Assembly (NCBI GenBank): GCA_976551045.1 | Contig: CDPCPM010000078.1 | Span: 3,534,001-3,598,000, forward strand | DNA from: Glaucostegus cemiculus | Lineage: Eukaryota | Length of the DNA stretch: 64,000 nucleotides | Direction: 5' to 3' | Part shown: in pieces, positions 26,391 to 39,984 of the stretch | Layout of the letters: the number at the start of each line of letters is the position of its first letter | Numbering within the stretch: the first letter of the stretch is position 1 | Position numbers and translations under genes: made by a program | The notes under the pieces: generated by a model | Told to the model about the DNA's origin: nothing | Seen by the model: the letters and a program-made list of their open reading frames with translations, nothing else | Databases searched by the model: none

Positions 26391-27039
26391 CTGTAGTATT
26401 TTATTTTGCATTAAATCTGGAACATCTTTTTAACCTATGTTACACAGCATTTACTTTGCCTCTTCTAATGTATAGTTGCATGATGCAACCCACCAGTATC
26501 ACAGCCTTATTAAATATCAAAGCTACAAAATATATAGGACCAGCTACATCAGGTTAGAGTAGACCATAAACATAGGTTTGTTACAGAATTTATAAACACA
26601 AAAAAATCAAATAATACTGGAAATGTACCGAAAGTCAGTTTAGCATCCTCAGAGAGAATGCGCAGATTACATTTCAGCTGTAGATTCTTCCTATGCTCAA
26701 AGCTTTCATGCCCTGTACTCAACTGTTAACAAAAATCTCTTCAGTCTTGGGATCAAAGCTTTGAAACTTTTCAAAATGTTCTGTTCTGAAATGATTGCCT
26801 CTAACAGTTTTTAGTCCATATAGAAATATTGGAAAAGACCATATGCAACAAGATGGAATATTTTTGATGTTGATGACAAAACAAATGCTAATCACCGTTA
26901 TTTGCAATTAAAGATCTAATTCTCATCATAACTTGAAACAGAATTGGAGATCAAAGAAAAATATGTCACTATTACTTGAACTAATGTGCATTTAGAAATT
27001 TGCATGTCCAACTGTAGTTGAGCTTTTAATTAATTTACA

Positions 27040-27900
27040 GTAAATGGGCATCACCAACAAGACCACCATTCGTCATCCATCCCTAATTGTTCTTCAGATG
27101 GTAGGAAGTATCCTCTTTTAAGTTCAATTTTAAATTTTATTTACAGCGTGGTAACAGGCCCTTTCGGCCCAATGAGTCCGCGCCGCCCATTCTAAACCCC
27201 CAAATTAACCTACCCGTACGTCTTTCAGAATTTGAGAAGAAACCGGAGCACCCGGACGAAACCCACGCAGACACGGGAGAACGTACAAACTCCTTACAGA
27301 CAGTGACGGGAACGAACCCTGATCGCTGGCACTGTAACAGTGTCGTGCTAACCGCTACATTATCGTGCCGCCCAAAATGTTGTTTTGAATCTAGAGATAA
27401 GCCAATCTTTTATTTCCTGAGAGTTTTGCATCAAAACTCAATAATTTATCTCACATAAATGGTAATATGATTGCAGTCCATCTTGTGAAGGTTTTCAGTG
27501 TTGTTGATGGGAAATTCCAGGACTTAGAACCAGTGATGATGAGTGAATGGTGACACTTTTTCAAATCAGGAAGGTGTGTAACATGAGAGGTTTATTTCCC
27601 CTGTCCTTCATGATAGAGATTGAGGTTTTATAGGTGCTGCCTTTGTAGCCAAAGCAAGTAACTGCAGTGGATTTTTATAGATGGTACACATATAATGGTG
27701 GTGGAAGAGGTGAATGTTTGATAAGTGGAGTTATGCACTTCACTATTAGTATGTTGCCCCACACATACGGAAGGAATTTATTCAACCTGTTTTGATTTGA
27801 GAAGAAATGATATCCGGGCTGCAGTGATCGTGCTGCAAATGTATATTGCTGCAATGTATATTGCTGCAAATAGATCGGCAGGTCAAAGGATTTCTGATGT
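27040..27900 (-). mobile_element. Old LINE 3' fragment (same family as 59870-61375), interrupted by V-SINE B
   Basis: catccctaattgttcttcagatggtagg…ttgcagtcc…gggaaattccaggacttagaacc is the antisense of 61200-61360. Confidence 0.7.
27130..27373 (-). mobile_element. V-SINE subfamily B, full length
   Basis: Near-identical to 19680-19922. Confidence 0.92.
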
Positions 27901-30900
27901 CTCATTGAATTCTAAGTTTGCAATTTGTGCCTTAAAAAGATAACAAATCTATACCTAGTACATGAATTCACATTGTAATGCACTCAATAAAAAGACATAC
28001 TGTATCTAAATCAAGGGTAATTTAGCAGCAGCACCTTCAGATTCACTGCACAATTGTTGATTTCTTGGCATGTTAATTTATGAAGCACTGACAAAATCTA
28101 GCAATACGTACAGACTATGCATTATTAATTAATGGATACTTTTGCTCCTTTTGAGGGACTGTGCACACTCATCAATGCAAGAGACAACTATCCACACTTA
28201 GAACCACATCACAGCAAGTCCATTGTTAGTTGAAATTCATGCCAAATATACTTCCAGCATAAAATGAAACATGAATCACAAAAAAAAGTGACTGATTGCA
28301 TCAGAGAAAGCATTTTCCATGTGTAGAACACCCACTGGTATAACAAATGCGTGCTGATCAATGCCAGTGTGTAATATATCGGAACACTTACCTCTACTGC
28401 TTAGATTTTCCTTATGTTACAATAATGCTATTAAATTAGAGATTCAGTTTACAAAAAGTTAATTCTCTACTTTAAAAGGTACTTGGAATGCAATTTGGGA
28501 TTAATAGAAAATTGTTGAATTCATCCTTAACTGTTTGCACCCTGCTGCTAGAATCGTCATCATTCAAGTGCAGCCAGCAGGAACTTTAGCTGAACATACA
28601 AACGCTGAGAGCTTCCACACAAAAAGGGAGCGTTGATTCAAGGTGGTAACTTTGATTGGAAGAAGCTGGGAAGAGGTATAGAAAACCACAGGTGCCTGCT
28701 CTTCAGAGGTCGAGTGTGCATTCAAGCTCTGTGGCAGAGAACTCAGATGCTGACTTCAAAGCCTCTGTAAAGTGAAAGAGCCTCATTAAGCATTTGCTGG
28801 GAAATCCCTATTCGTGACTTGCACACTAAACACAATGAAGCCGAGCTCCAATTTATCTCACAAATTCTCACACTGTGTGCATACCACAGTGTCTCAAGCA
28901 ACAGGTTTCATTGACACCAGAGTGATACACGCTGTAATTACTCAAGTACTTTTGCCACCTCTCTAAAATACTCCAATGAGTGGAGGGGGCCACGGTTCCT
29001 GGGGGTTTTCCCAAGCATCAGCTCACTCTTGTACTCTGTGCTGGATTATAACTATAGCAGTGCTGTTTTGTAGTTTGTAGCTTTTCAAAACAAACATGTG
29101 CCTGTTATGTTATGCTGAACCTGTTAAACTAGTAATTTAAACACCAAACTAAACTAATCCCAGATGGATGATCAGAAAGCAAATCTTACAAGAGAGGGCG
29201 ATTTCTGGTTTTGTTTGTTTTTTTGCAATTTGTATTCTGGTCTGCCTTTTTGTGTTAACTTTTGTAATTCTTCTGTGTTGTAATTTCCACAATTCTCAGG
29301 AGTTTCACTGCCAGATATTCTTACTTTGTTGCCACACTGTATTTTCACGGTTGGGTGGAACAGATGTGAAGAGAGTGGATTGGAGTCATGATAATTACTA
29401 ATGAATCCAGTTGGTGAATAAGGAAAAATGTCTTTACCCAAAGAATAGTTAATGAGAAACTCTGCCTCTGTGGGAAGAAGATGAGGCAAACAGCTTGGAC
29501 GCTTTCAGGAGTGGATGTGAACATGAAAGGGGAAGAGATGGAAGGCCACAGTAAACTGAATGAAATGAAGAGAATTTTGTTAAATATAAACACCAGTATA
29601 TACTAGTGGAACTAAATGTTTCAATCTGTACTGTTTGTTTAATGAAGTGCTATGAAAACTTATTCTATTCATTCATGTACTGTCACAAAAGGTGCATTTC
29701 ATTGTATTTTGATGTATGGGACCAATAAAGGTATCTTAACCATCTTAAAACTTGAATCAATTTGATGACATTTTTCCTATCAAGTATACTCTGCAGTCTG
29801 TCTGACACATCAGAGAATGAATGAGGTGGCCAAGTGAAAAGAGCTTATTAGTGATTCCCAATTCATAGCATCACTAAATTAGAAACGGGGCAGATATAGG
29901 TTGCAGAAACACAATTCCTTTACCAGATTATAAAGTAACACTGACTACATGAGAATTCTTACTGTAGGCCACTAATTTGGCACCAGTGAATAAACAATGT
30001 GCACCCATCAACTTTTCCTTCCTTAAATGCTTCAACCATTCTTAGCCAATATCTAGTTTCGCTCTGGCACTTAAAATTAGCATAAATTGGCAATGATAGG
30101 GAAAATATATCTGGAAGAATTGCTGGTAATGGATTGGATTGTTTGAATAATTACTTTTGCCTGAAGTAATCCAATGAGCACTTTGGGCATTTCCTTCCAA
30201 CCTAGAGGTTAACATGACAAACCAGGAAACACCACAAAGTCAATACATTACTTGTATTTATGTTTGAACTTCAAAATTATGCAGTTTATGCATCCTCCTA
30301 CCATGTCTAGAGTACTCCAATTATCCATACGACTATTCTTTAATTAGCCAAGACATAAATGAGGACCATAAAGAAGAAAAAAAATTCGTTCCTGAGTTTA
30401 CTTTGCAATATGGGCTGTTTTTTCAATAAAGTTAAGACAGAGAACTCTCTATATGGCAGTATTTAAACAAAGCATTGCACACTTAGTTCTTTTTCCCCTC
30501 ACTCTAGAAATTAAAGTTTGCTTCCTCTCCACTCCTACCTTTGCAGCTCCTATCCAAAAGCAGCTCCTCATGCTTTTGTCTTTAGAAAATAAACTCAGTT
30601 GCACGCATCACATTCTGCTTTAGTCAGTGTGAGACAAAGATTTCTAAAGGTGCTCCACATGCACAGCAAGACATCTTAGAATTCAGGGGAAATGAAAGTA
30701 GGGGAGACAAAAACATAACAAGAGAAAAGGATTTTGAAAACAAGCAAGGCCTGATGAAACAGAATTCCATAAGGTCAGAGAGTAGGAAATGATCAATTAC
30801 AGGATCCCAACAGAAAGCTGTTCCTGTCAGGTGAGTCTGATCAGATATACAGCTGGAGACAATATTGAAAATTGGAAAGCAAGGCAGAACATCAAAACAA

Positions 30901-31070
30901 TTCAGAGACAAAGGTGAGAACAGATTGTTTGTTTGTGATTGTAAAGTTGCAAACATTTTAAACACCCAACTGTGTGGTATAACTTGCACAGTAAAAGAAG
31001 CACAATAACATCAAATATTGTAGAAATACAATTATAACCCATGTATATAATATCACAACATACACAAAAA

Positions 31071-33710
31071 GTGGTGGAGGAAAGGGTGGATTTTGCAGAA
31101 GGATCCTCTCTAGAGACAGTATGGGTCGAAGTGAGGAATAAGAAAGGAGCAGTTACACTACTGGGAGTATACTATAGGCCCCCTGGTAGTAGTAGAGATA
31201 TAGAGGAGCAGATTGGCAGGCAGTGTTTGGACAGAAGCAAAAATAACAGGGTTGTTATAATGGGTGATTTCAACTTCCCAAATATAGACTGGGACATGCT
31301 TAGTGCCAAAGGTTTAGAAGGGAACGAGTTTGTTAAATGTGTCCAGGATGGATTCCTGATGCAATATGTTGACAGGCCGACTAGAGGGAAGGCCTTGTTG
31401 GATCTAGTTTTAGGAAATGAACCGGGACAGGTGAGGGATCTACAAGTGGGTGAGCATTTGGGGAGACAGTGATCATTGCTCCATAACCTTTAGAATTGTC
31501 ATGGACAGGGATAGGTACAGAGAGGACAGGAAGATATTTAATTGGGGAAGGGCAGACTATGAGGCTATAAGGAGAGAATTTGGGAGTGTAAATTGGGAAG
31601 TCCTTTTTGAAGGGAAATATACTATGGAGATGTGGACAACATTCAGGGATCTTTTACAGGATGTTAGGGATAAATATGTCCCGGCGAGACAGAGAAGGAA
31701 TGGCAGGGTGAAGGAACCGTGGTGATGAGAGAGGTGGAACGACTGGTTAGGAGGAAGAAGGCGGCGTACGTAAGGTGTAAGCAGCAAGGCTCAGACAGGG
31801 CCAGTGAGGAATATAGTGTAGTCAGGAAGGAACTTAAGATAGGGCTGAGGAGAGCTAGAAAGGGACATGAAGAGGTGTTGGCTAGTACGGTTAAGGAAAA
31901 TCCCAAGGCTTTTTTTTCGTACATGAAGAGCAGAAGGATGGCTCGGATTAAGGTAGGTCCGATCAAAGACAAAGGTGGGAGGATGTGCCTGGAGGTGGCG
32001 GAAGTGGGAGAGGTTCTAAACGAATACTTCTCTTTGGTATTCACCATGGAGAGGGGGCTTGATGACACAGTAGAGAGTGCCGGTAAGGGTAATGTTATTG
32101 AGTATGTAGATATCAAGAAGGAGGATGTGTTGAAGTTGTTAAATAATATCAAGACAGATAAGTCTCTGGGGCCTGACGGTATATTATCCAGGCAGCTTCG
32201 AGAGGCGAGGGAGGAGATTGTTGATCTGCTGCTGAGGATCTTTGAGTCCTCGTTGTCCACGGGGATGGTGCCAGTGGACTGGAGGGTGGCGAATGTTGTC
32301 CCCTTGTTCAAGAAAGGTATTAGGGATTGTCCAGGGAATTACAGACGGGTGAGTCTCACATCTGTGGTGGGTAAGCTGTTAGAAAGGATTCTGAGGGACA
32401 GAATCTATGAACACATGGCGGGACATGAACAGATTAGGGACAGTCAGCATGGCTTTGTGAAGGGAAGATCTTGCCTCACGAACCTGATGGAATTCTTTGA
32501 GGAAGTGATGAGGAAGATTGATGAGGGCAGTGCAGTGGATGTGGTCTACATGGATTTTAGTAAGGAGTTCGATAAGGTTCCTCATGGTAGGCTTCTTGAG
32601 AAGGTCAGAGGTCAAAGAATCCAGGGAAGATTGGCCATGTGGATCGGGAATTGGCTTGCCTGTAAAAAGCAGAGGGTTGTGGTGGAGGGAGTGCCCTTGG
32701 ATTGGAGGGCTGTGACTAGTGGTGTCCCACAGGGATCGGTTCTGGGACCTCTACTCTTTGTTATATTTATCGATGACTTAGATGAAGGGATGGAGGGATG
32801 GGTTAGTAAGTTTGCGGATGACACCAAGGTCGGTGATGTCGTAGATAGTGTGGAGGGCTGTCGGAGCTTACAGAGGGATATTGATAGGATGCAGAGCTGG
32901 GTGGACAAGTGGCAGATGGAGCTTAATCCGGAGAAGTGTGACGTGGTGCATTTTGGTAGGACAAACTCCAGGGTGGAGTACAAGATAAATGGCAAGGTAC
33001 TTGGCAGTGTAGAGAAGCAGAGGGATCTGGGGGTTCATATCCACAGTTCAATCAAAGTTGCCTCGCAGGTGGATAGGGCAGTTAAGAAGGCCTATGGGAT
33101 GTTAGCTTTTATAAATCATGGGATTGAGTTTAAGAGCTGCGAGGTGATGCTGCTTTACAAAACTCTAGTTAGGCTGCACTTAGAGTACTGTGTTCAGGTC
33201 TGGTCGCCACATTATAGGAAGGATGTGGAGGCATTAGAGAGGGTACAGAGGTGATTTACCAGGATGATGTCTGGATTAGAGGGTATGGAATATGAGGAGA
33301 GGCTAAAGGTGCTAGGGCTTTACTCGTTAGAGAAGAGGATGATGAGAGGAGACTTGATAGAGGTGTATAAAATATTGAGAGGGATAAATAGAGTTGACAG
33401 CCAGCGCCTCTTTCCCAGAGCACAATACTCAAGACAAGAGAGCATGGCTTTAAGGTGCTGGGTGGAAAGTTCAGAGGAGATGTCAGAGGGAGGTTTTTCA
33501 TCCAGAGAGTGGTTGGTGCATGGAATGCGCTGCCTGGGGTGTTGGTGGAGGCAGATACGTTGGACAGGTTCAAGAGATTGTTGGATAGGCATATGGACAA
33601 ATGGGGGATAGAGGGATATGTGGGAGGAAAGAGTTAGATCGTGTGAGATTTGATGGACGGCACAACATGGAGGGCCGAAGGGCCTGTATTGTGCTGTATT
33701 ATCCTATAGA
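31071..33710 (+). mobile_element. Young 5'-truncated CR1 LINE (APE C-terminal half, RT, 3'UTR)
   Basis: APE motifs GVYYRPP, MGDFNFP, LDLVL and SDH (31041-31725); RT motifs in 31719-33254; 3' stem-loop gggccgaagggcc and tail tgtgctgtattatcctat. Sharp GC and purine shift against the flanks. Confidence 0.97.
31719..33254 (+). pseudogene. CR1 ORF2 reverse transcriptase segment (511 aa open; whole ORF2 disrupted)
   Basis: KSLGPDG, WRVANVVPLFKKG, NYRRVSLTS, QHGF, YMDFSKEFDKVPH, SGVPQGSVLGPLLF and KFADDTK. Frameshifts near 31465, 31720 and 33420; in-frame TGA at 33252-33254. Confidence 0.93.
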
Positions 33711-34609
33711 ACTGGTAATATCACAACCCCAGTCACAGAGCTAAGATTTAAAAAGAAATATGACTACTGTGAATACATGCCACATTAGTTTATTGAAAAA
33801 GGATATTTGACTAGGATATAGATTTCATTTTTACCTACATTCCCTCCAATTTTGTGGTATTATTGCAGGATTTACAAATGTTCTACCTACCTGAAAATTA
33901 AATGCAAAGTAAATCACTTAGAATTAGACCTTATCTGCATCTCTTCTGAAATTCTTATCTTTGTTTTTTACCAGTTTATTCCAACAGGTTGGCAAGAAAA
34001 TCCTTTGGTAAAATGTTAAGAGTGAAAGCCTTGCTCCAAACTTTTACTGTTAAAAATTTAGAGGCAGATAAGCAACAAGGCAAGATGGTGAATGGCAAAT
34101 GGTGTGTGTAGGAGCAGTTATCACAGACAGCCCAATGCCTTCAGGTAAGGTGGAGAGGACATTATATTACACTGACATTACACTTCACAACATTCACACA
34201 AAGCAATCATCCAGGCATTTGAAGTAACAATTACAAAACTGAACATGCAATTCTGATATCAATAAGGAATTGTGCTAACACAGTTAAGCAATGATTCAAT
34301 ATTCAATATATTATATGTCATTTGAGAGAAATGAAACCTCAATTGAAATTATATTTAATGTTCCCATTTAGTTATTTTAAACCTTATTGGTTTCAATAAT
34401 ATGTCATTCGGTGTCACATGGCACAGATCATGTCATTACCTTGTGAGTCACTTAAAAGGATCCAGAGAAGCACTCAAGTGATGGTTCAGGAAATTTTACA
34501 AAAAAGGAACCTGAACAGAAATAGCTAAAACAGTACAACTTGCCTCAAGATTCTAGGGTAGTAGTGATTGGTGGTGGTGAAATCCAGTGGCCCACCATAG
34601 CATAATGAG

Positions 34610-34910
34610 CAGCATAGTGTTGCAGCTAGTAGAATGCTGCCTCACAGTGCCAGTGACTGGGTTCAATCCTGACCTTTGGTGCTGCCTGTGTGGCGTTTAC
34701 ACATTATTCTTGTAATTATATGGGTTTCTTGCCACATCTCCAAGCCATGCAGGTCGGTAGGTTAATTGGTTACTGGAAATCGTTCCCAGTACATTGAAGA
34801 ATGGTAGATGGAAATTTGGGGAGAATAGGTTACAGAGGCGTGGGGAATAACATTCATCAGAGAGCAGACATGGACTCATAGTCCAAATGGCTTCCTTCTC
34901 TGTTGTAAGT
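34610..34910 (+). mobile_element. Old V-SINE (HE1-like)
   Basis: tRNA-like head gcagctagtagaatgctgcctcacagtgccagtgactgggttcaatcctgacc, decayed V-domain, CR1-like tail ggactcatagtccaaatggcttccttctctgttgtaa. Confidence 0.7.
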
Positions 34911-36199
34911 CCTGGTGACCAACTTATTTCTGTAGTTTGCCAAACTGGATGGTGTACAAAAGGATAATCAAAGCCCATGAAAGCAGAGCAAGGCAGCAAT
35001 AACTTCAGTGAAGGTGTTGAGTAAATGGGCAAGAAAGAAAAAATAAAGACTGATAAATTGCACTAATAACACACAGAAGTTCTTGTGTAGCACAGGATAA
35101 CATGCACAAATCTCAGGCTGTAATTGAGTAGCTATGCCCATTCAGGCAGCAATGGTTCACCAGAGTGGATCAAAGAATTTAAGATTTTATGAAGTTTTAT
35201 TTACTTTTCCAGATTAGAAAGTCAATAAGTGCACTTAAGTCACATTTCAATTTTGCTTAGGTTAAATAGGAGACATCATAAAAAATAAATAACCATGGAA
35301 TGCTACACAAGTATTTACAACAAACATTACCTCAGTGGTACAGGCAGTGGACAGTGGACTCTTTCTCTGTGTGACTTCTATAATTTTAGAATCTTCACAA
35401 GTATCTTTCTGTTTTTAAAACTTCACCATCCAAGGCAAGCTCTCAGAACATCTTCCAGCATTATAGAAAATACACAGTAGAGATGAAACATTTAGTTCCA
35501 CTAGTATGCACTGATGTTTATACTTAACAAAGGTCTCTTTTAATTTCATTCAGTTTACTTCAGCTATCATACCTTTCTATTCCCCTTCCATGTTCACATC
35601 TACTCCTGAAAGTGTCCAAGCTTTTTGCCTCATCTTCTTCCTACAGAGGCAGAGTTTCTCATTAACCATTCTTGGGTAAAGTCATTTTTCCCTATTTGCC
35701 AACTGGATTTATTAATAATTATCATTACTCCAATTCACCCTCTTCACATATGTCCCATCCAACCCATTTATTAAAGACCTCCATAAGGTCATTGCTTAAA
35801 TCTTTGAGAAAATACAGTGTGATATCAAAGTAAGAATGTCTGGTACTGAAACTACAACGAACTGTGGACATTATACAACAAAAGAATTACAAAAATTATC
35901 CCTACTCTCCAGAAAATACTTACACTTTATGCTGCCACTAGGATTTTAAATAAAGCATCAAATTGGGCCAGGAAACTTACATTGCGTCCACTTCTGAACT
36001 CCCAACCAACACAAATACATACAGCTCCTATCTTAGGTTGGATCTGAAGTGATCAAATGAATTCTAGATCACCTGAATGAGCTGTGACTCATCACAGATT
36101 TGTCAGCAGTGGTGGAAGTAATTTAAAATCATTAGTTAGCGACACCATGCAAGAAGCATTATATTATAGCCACCTATTTTCAAAACGTTAAATACACTT

Positions 36200-36590
36200 A
36201 AATGCAATCAGGACTCCTCTCAAGCAGAAATGTACAAGGCCATGCCCCTTCCTCTCTCTAATGCCCTCTAACCACCAATGCTCAACAACTCCCATCATAC
36301 CTCCTACTCTTTCTTGGTCTTATTTGCATTTGAGAATCCACCCCATTACCACAGCTGGCCAGTTCTTCAGCCCTCAGGATCTCATGCTCTGCTTTTCCTT
36401 CCCTAAATCCCCGCTGCTTCTGCACTTCCCACTCTTCCTTTTAACAACCTCTTCGAAACACAGCTCTTCCACCAAACTTTCATTCGCTCCTCCCAATAAA
36501 TATTCCTTTGCAATTGTTTAATTACACTATTGTTTGGTGGCCTGTGATATTTTGTAAAGTTAAAGATGCAGTAGGAAGCCAAGTTATTCC
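36200..36590 (+). mobile_element. Old L2-type LINE 3' end
   Basis: …gttcttcagcc…ttccttccctaaatcc…aacacagctcttccaccaaactttc…gttaaagatgcag…caagtt recalled as an L2 3' terminus; decayed. Confidence 0.5.
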
Positions 36591-37994
36591 TGAAGTGAAA
36601 CAGGTTGCGTTGGCAGCACGGAACAGGGAGATGAAGCCTAACATTCCAATTGAAAATTCATATCAGCAGTCAACAAAGTTGCAAATCAGCAACTAGAAAC
36701 AGAATGTTTGCCAATTTATCTCCCCCTTAACTATGCACTACCTGCCAATGCCAATTTCAAATTTTGTTGCTGTTCTTGTGACTAAGATCAGGTATCTCTG
36801 TTTGGTGAATGAAAGACAAGAATTCCTTTGATCATCTGTTATAAGGGATGCCTGTAACATATTTAAAGGAAAAGTTACAAGCTACCTGCATGGGTAGCAA
36901 GGGGATCATCTATTTCCCATGAGGCCCAGTGGTTTGATTCACAGGCAATGGAAAAAGAAAAACTGCAAGTAACTTCTTGAAGGACAGTTAATACAGTATA
37001 AAAATAGCCTATGAATATCCCAGTCAAAACAATCCCCACTGAACTTCACTGCATTTAAGACCGTTGATCACAGTCTGCAAATGTCCCCTTTTGTTCAAGT
37101 ATTTCAGTACTTTTTCTTTTAAACAATATGAACTTTGGAACAGTTCCATCATATTGAAGTAGCACATCCAAGAAAAACATCAAAACTGAATTGAATTCAA
37201 AAAACAGACCACACAGCAAAAAATAATTTGCTTCTAATTCTTCAGTTCTTTCTTTTATGAGGAATTGGCTTGTAAAAATAAAATTCCAAAGCACTTCCCA
37301 AAAGCATGGACCCAAGTGATCTTTCTGTCTCCACGTCGTGTCAGTACAAACATGACCTTCCACATTTTACCCAGAATTATGAATTATGCTGCAGTAGTAC
37401 TGCACAGTAAACACTGTACAGATAACTTAGTCATAGCCTATCAGTTTCCTCCCACCCCCGTCACTATCACCATTTGCAAAAGTCTAAAACTTAACATCAT
37501 TACCTCACGTCTAAGGTACCAACAGCTTTGGCAATGGCAGCAAGCTCTGCTACCTCCCTTTCACTTGAGCTTTGTTAAAAAGAAAACGCAGATGCTTTAC
37601 ATCTTATGCAAATTCTTAATTCTGAAGGAGAGATAACCTCTATTATTAAATAGCAAGACTCACAGCAATGTTTGGAACAAGAATGTTGAAAAGCAGGGTG
37701 TGGGGATTCCAGTATGCAGGCCTTCATGAATACTGGCTTGAAATATTGTTGTTGCCTACATTCTTTTATGTCTTCTATACTATGCTTTGTACCAGTTAAC
37801 AGTTTCATTCCCAAGCAGCAAGAAAATGAACAAAAACACGTATCTACTTTTCAACACATAAAGAACTCCTCTGGTAATATGGCTCAATACGACTATCAGC
37901 ACCTGTATTCTACCTATACTAAGCCAAGTGTAGGTTTCAGAGTAAAGAAGTTGCCACAAAATAGTTAAGCTGGGGAAAGAGAGAGTTATGAGGT

Positions 37995-38027
37995 GGGAGG
38001 GGGGGGGGGTGGGGTGGGTGGGGTGGG
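37995..38027 (+). repeat. G-rich low-complexity tract (potential G-quadruplex)
   Basis: gggagggggggggggtggggtgggtggggtggg has at least five G3+ runs with 1-nt loops. Confidence 0.7.
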
Positions 38028-38719
38028 AAACATGTATTTAGTTTGAGATTGCTTCAAGATGACACCCTGGCAACAGAACATGAGAAAAGTTCCTGCTTTC
38101 ATACCACAAGCTGAGCATTGAGAAAGCAAATCTCCAGATCGGCAAACTTCCTACGCATAACTGTTCAACAGAATTCCTGTGGCACAGATGAAGCCCATTT
38201 GGTCCAACACATCCATGTAGGCTTTTAAAAAAACAACTCCAGCAATCCTATTCCCCTGCTCTCTCCCCTGAACCCTGCAAATTATTTTTCCTCAAGTGCT
38301 TATCCATTTCCCTTTTGAAAGCCTTGAATGACAGTTTACATTAACCTTTCAGAAGGCAAGCTTCAGATCATAACTGTTGTTTTTCCTCATGTTCTCCCTC
38401 CCTTTCTTTCATCTTTGACTTTGGATCAGAGTTCCCTGTCCTTGAAGCATCCGGTAACACAAACAGCTAAGCTCACCTTGATCTTTATGACATCTCCTGT
38501 CCAAATCCTCTGCTCCCTGACAGCAACCCCAACTTCACCAGTCCAGCCTTACAGCAAGATCCATTCTGGTTCATGTACATAAAGGCTGATTCTGATCTTC
38601 CAGCAGTCATAGAATAGAGACTTCATGTCTTGATATCACTATGCATTTCTTTATGCAGTTATGCCATCACCATCAAAATGCACTACTATTGGGAGCAGCA
38701 CATGTATTGGTTCGAGGAA

Positions 38720-38857
38720 TTTATTTACAGTGTGGTAACAGGCCCTTTCGGCCCAACGAGTCCGCACTGCCCATTTTAAACCCCCAAATTAACCTACCCG
38801 TACGTCTTTTAGAATGTGGGAGGAAACCGGAGCACCCGGAGGAAATCCACGCAGACA
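38720..38857 (-). mobile_element. V-SINE subfamily B, 5'-truncated (no tRNA head)
   Basis: Tail and V-domain match 27130-27270; similarity stops at gcagaca. Confidence 0.88.
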
Positions 38858-39769
38858 GGCAGTTGGAAAGACACCTAAGTATTCTTAAAAAATTCAGTAA
38901 GTTCCCATTAATGATGCTACTGTACATAAAACGTGCAACACGGGAACCAACAACTGAAGGTCAGCATATACACAAACAGAATCAACCCAATGTGGCAGAA
39001 TCAGTAATCTAATGCAGGTTCTGCGATTTCCAGGGAGTTTCAAGCAGCCAGCCTGATCAACTAAATGGAATCTGGACCAGTAAACCCTACAATTGATCTT
39101 GGTACTCTGTGCTTCCATACTGGACTGCAGGCTCGTGTCCAAATGAGAAGAATGCTTGGTGGAAAGCCAGTGGGAAATTCACAGCAGTAAATTCCAACAA
39201 TACCTTTATATGTTCTTGACAACTGGTAAAATCCCCCTTCTGTCTGCATTTCAGATTAAGCAAAAGTAACTGAAAGAGTCAAAGTTTCTCAGTAATTCAG
39301 TTTGACAACTATAGGCATGAAAGTCATTTTCAACATAGCTGACAGCTAGCTTACCAAAGCTAACAATAGATGGTTGCAGGAAGATGGATTTCAAATTATA
39401 GCAGCTAAAATTATGCATCCTTTACTAGAAATACTCAATTTATGCAGAAAAATACAATGCAGAAGGCAGAATGCTCAAAATAGTAATGTTAAATGGTGGT
39501 CAAAATCAATTGTTTCTTTCATAAAAGGTGTTGAAATATCTACTAAACAGACAGAAGACAATCTAGAAGTCTTTGTATACTGCATGCTAAAATTATCCAA
39601 CCAAATCCATAGAAATGCACAGCACAGAAATGGGCTTTTCAGCTGAACCAGTCAATGCTGGTGTTTACAAGCCCCCCTGACTTTTTAAACTAACCTCATC
39701 AGTTTAAGATACCCTATTTAGGTGCTAATCCAGCTTTCCCTTTAATGCACATTTGCCATTTGCCTCAAC

Positions 39770-39926
39770 TGCCTCTATCAGGTCATCTCTCAACCTTCTC
39801 TTTTCCAGACAAAGAGAAGTTCAGTTAAACTTTCATAGAACCTTGATTGGACCAAGTCTGGGTTGTACACTTCATTCTGACCTCTGCATTGCTGAAAGAA
39901 TTTTAAGGCACTGGAGAAGGTGCAAG
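39770..39926. repeat. Left arm of an ~155-bp inverted repeat (rearranged CR1 junction)
   Basis: Reverse-complement match to 42696-42848. ORF translations 39753-40022 (+) and 42708-42899 (-) share QLNFHR.LIG..LGCTLHSDLCIA.RIL. Confidence 0.9.
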
Positions 39927-39984
39927 GTATTGCTATTGGTTTATTATTGTCACTTGTACCCAGGCACAGTGAAAAACTTGTCTT

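Noticed and set aside
28386-28430. Consensus minus-strand donors GAG|GTAAGT (also at about 25645)
   Set aside because: Upstream frames are closed after the nearest plausible acceptors.
31664-32995. Minus-strand ORFs of 215, 78 and 127 aa
   Set aside because: Antisense shadows of the CR1 ORF2; no independent coding signal.
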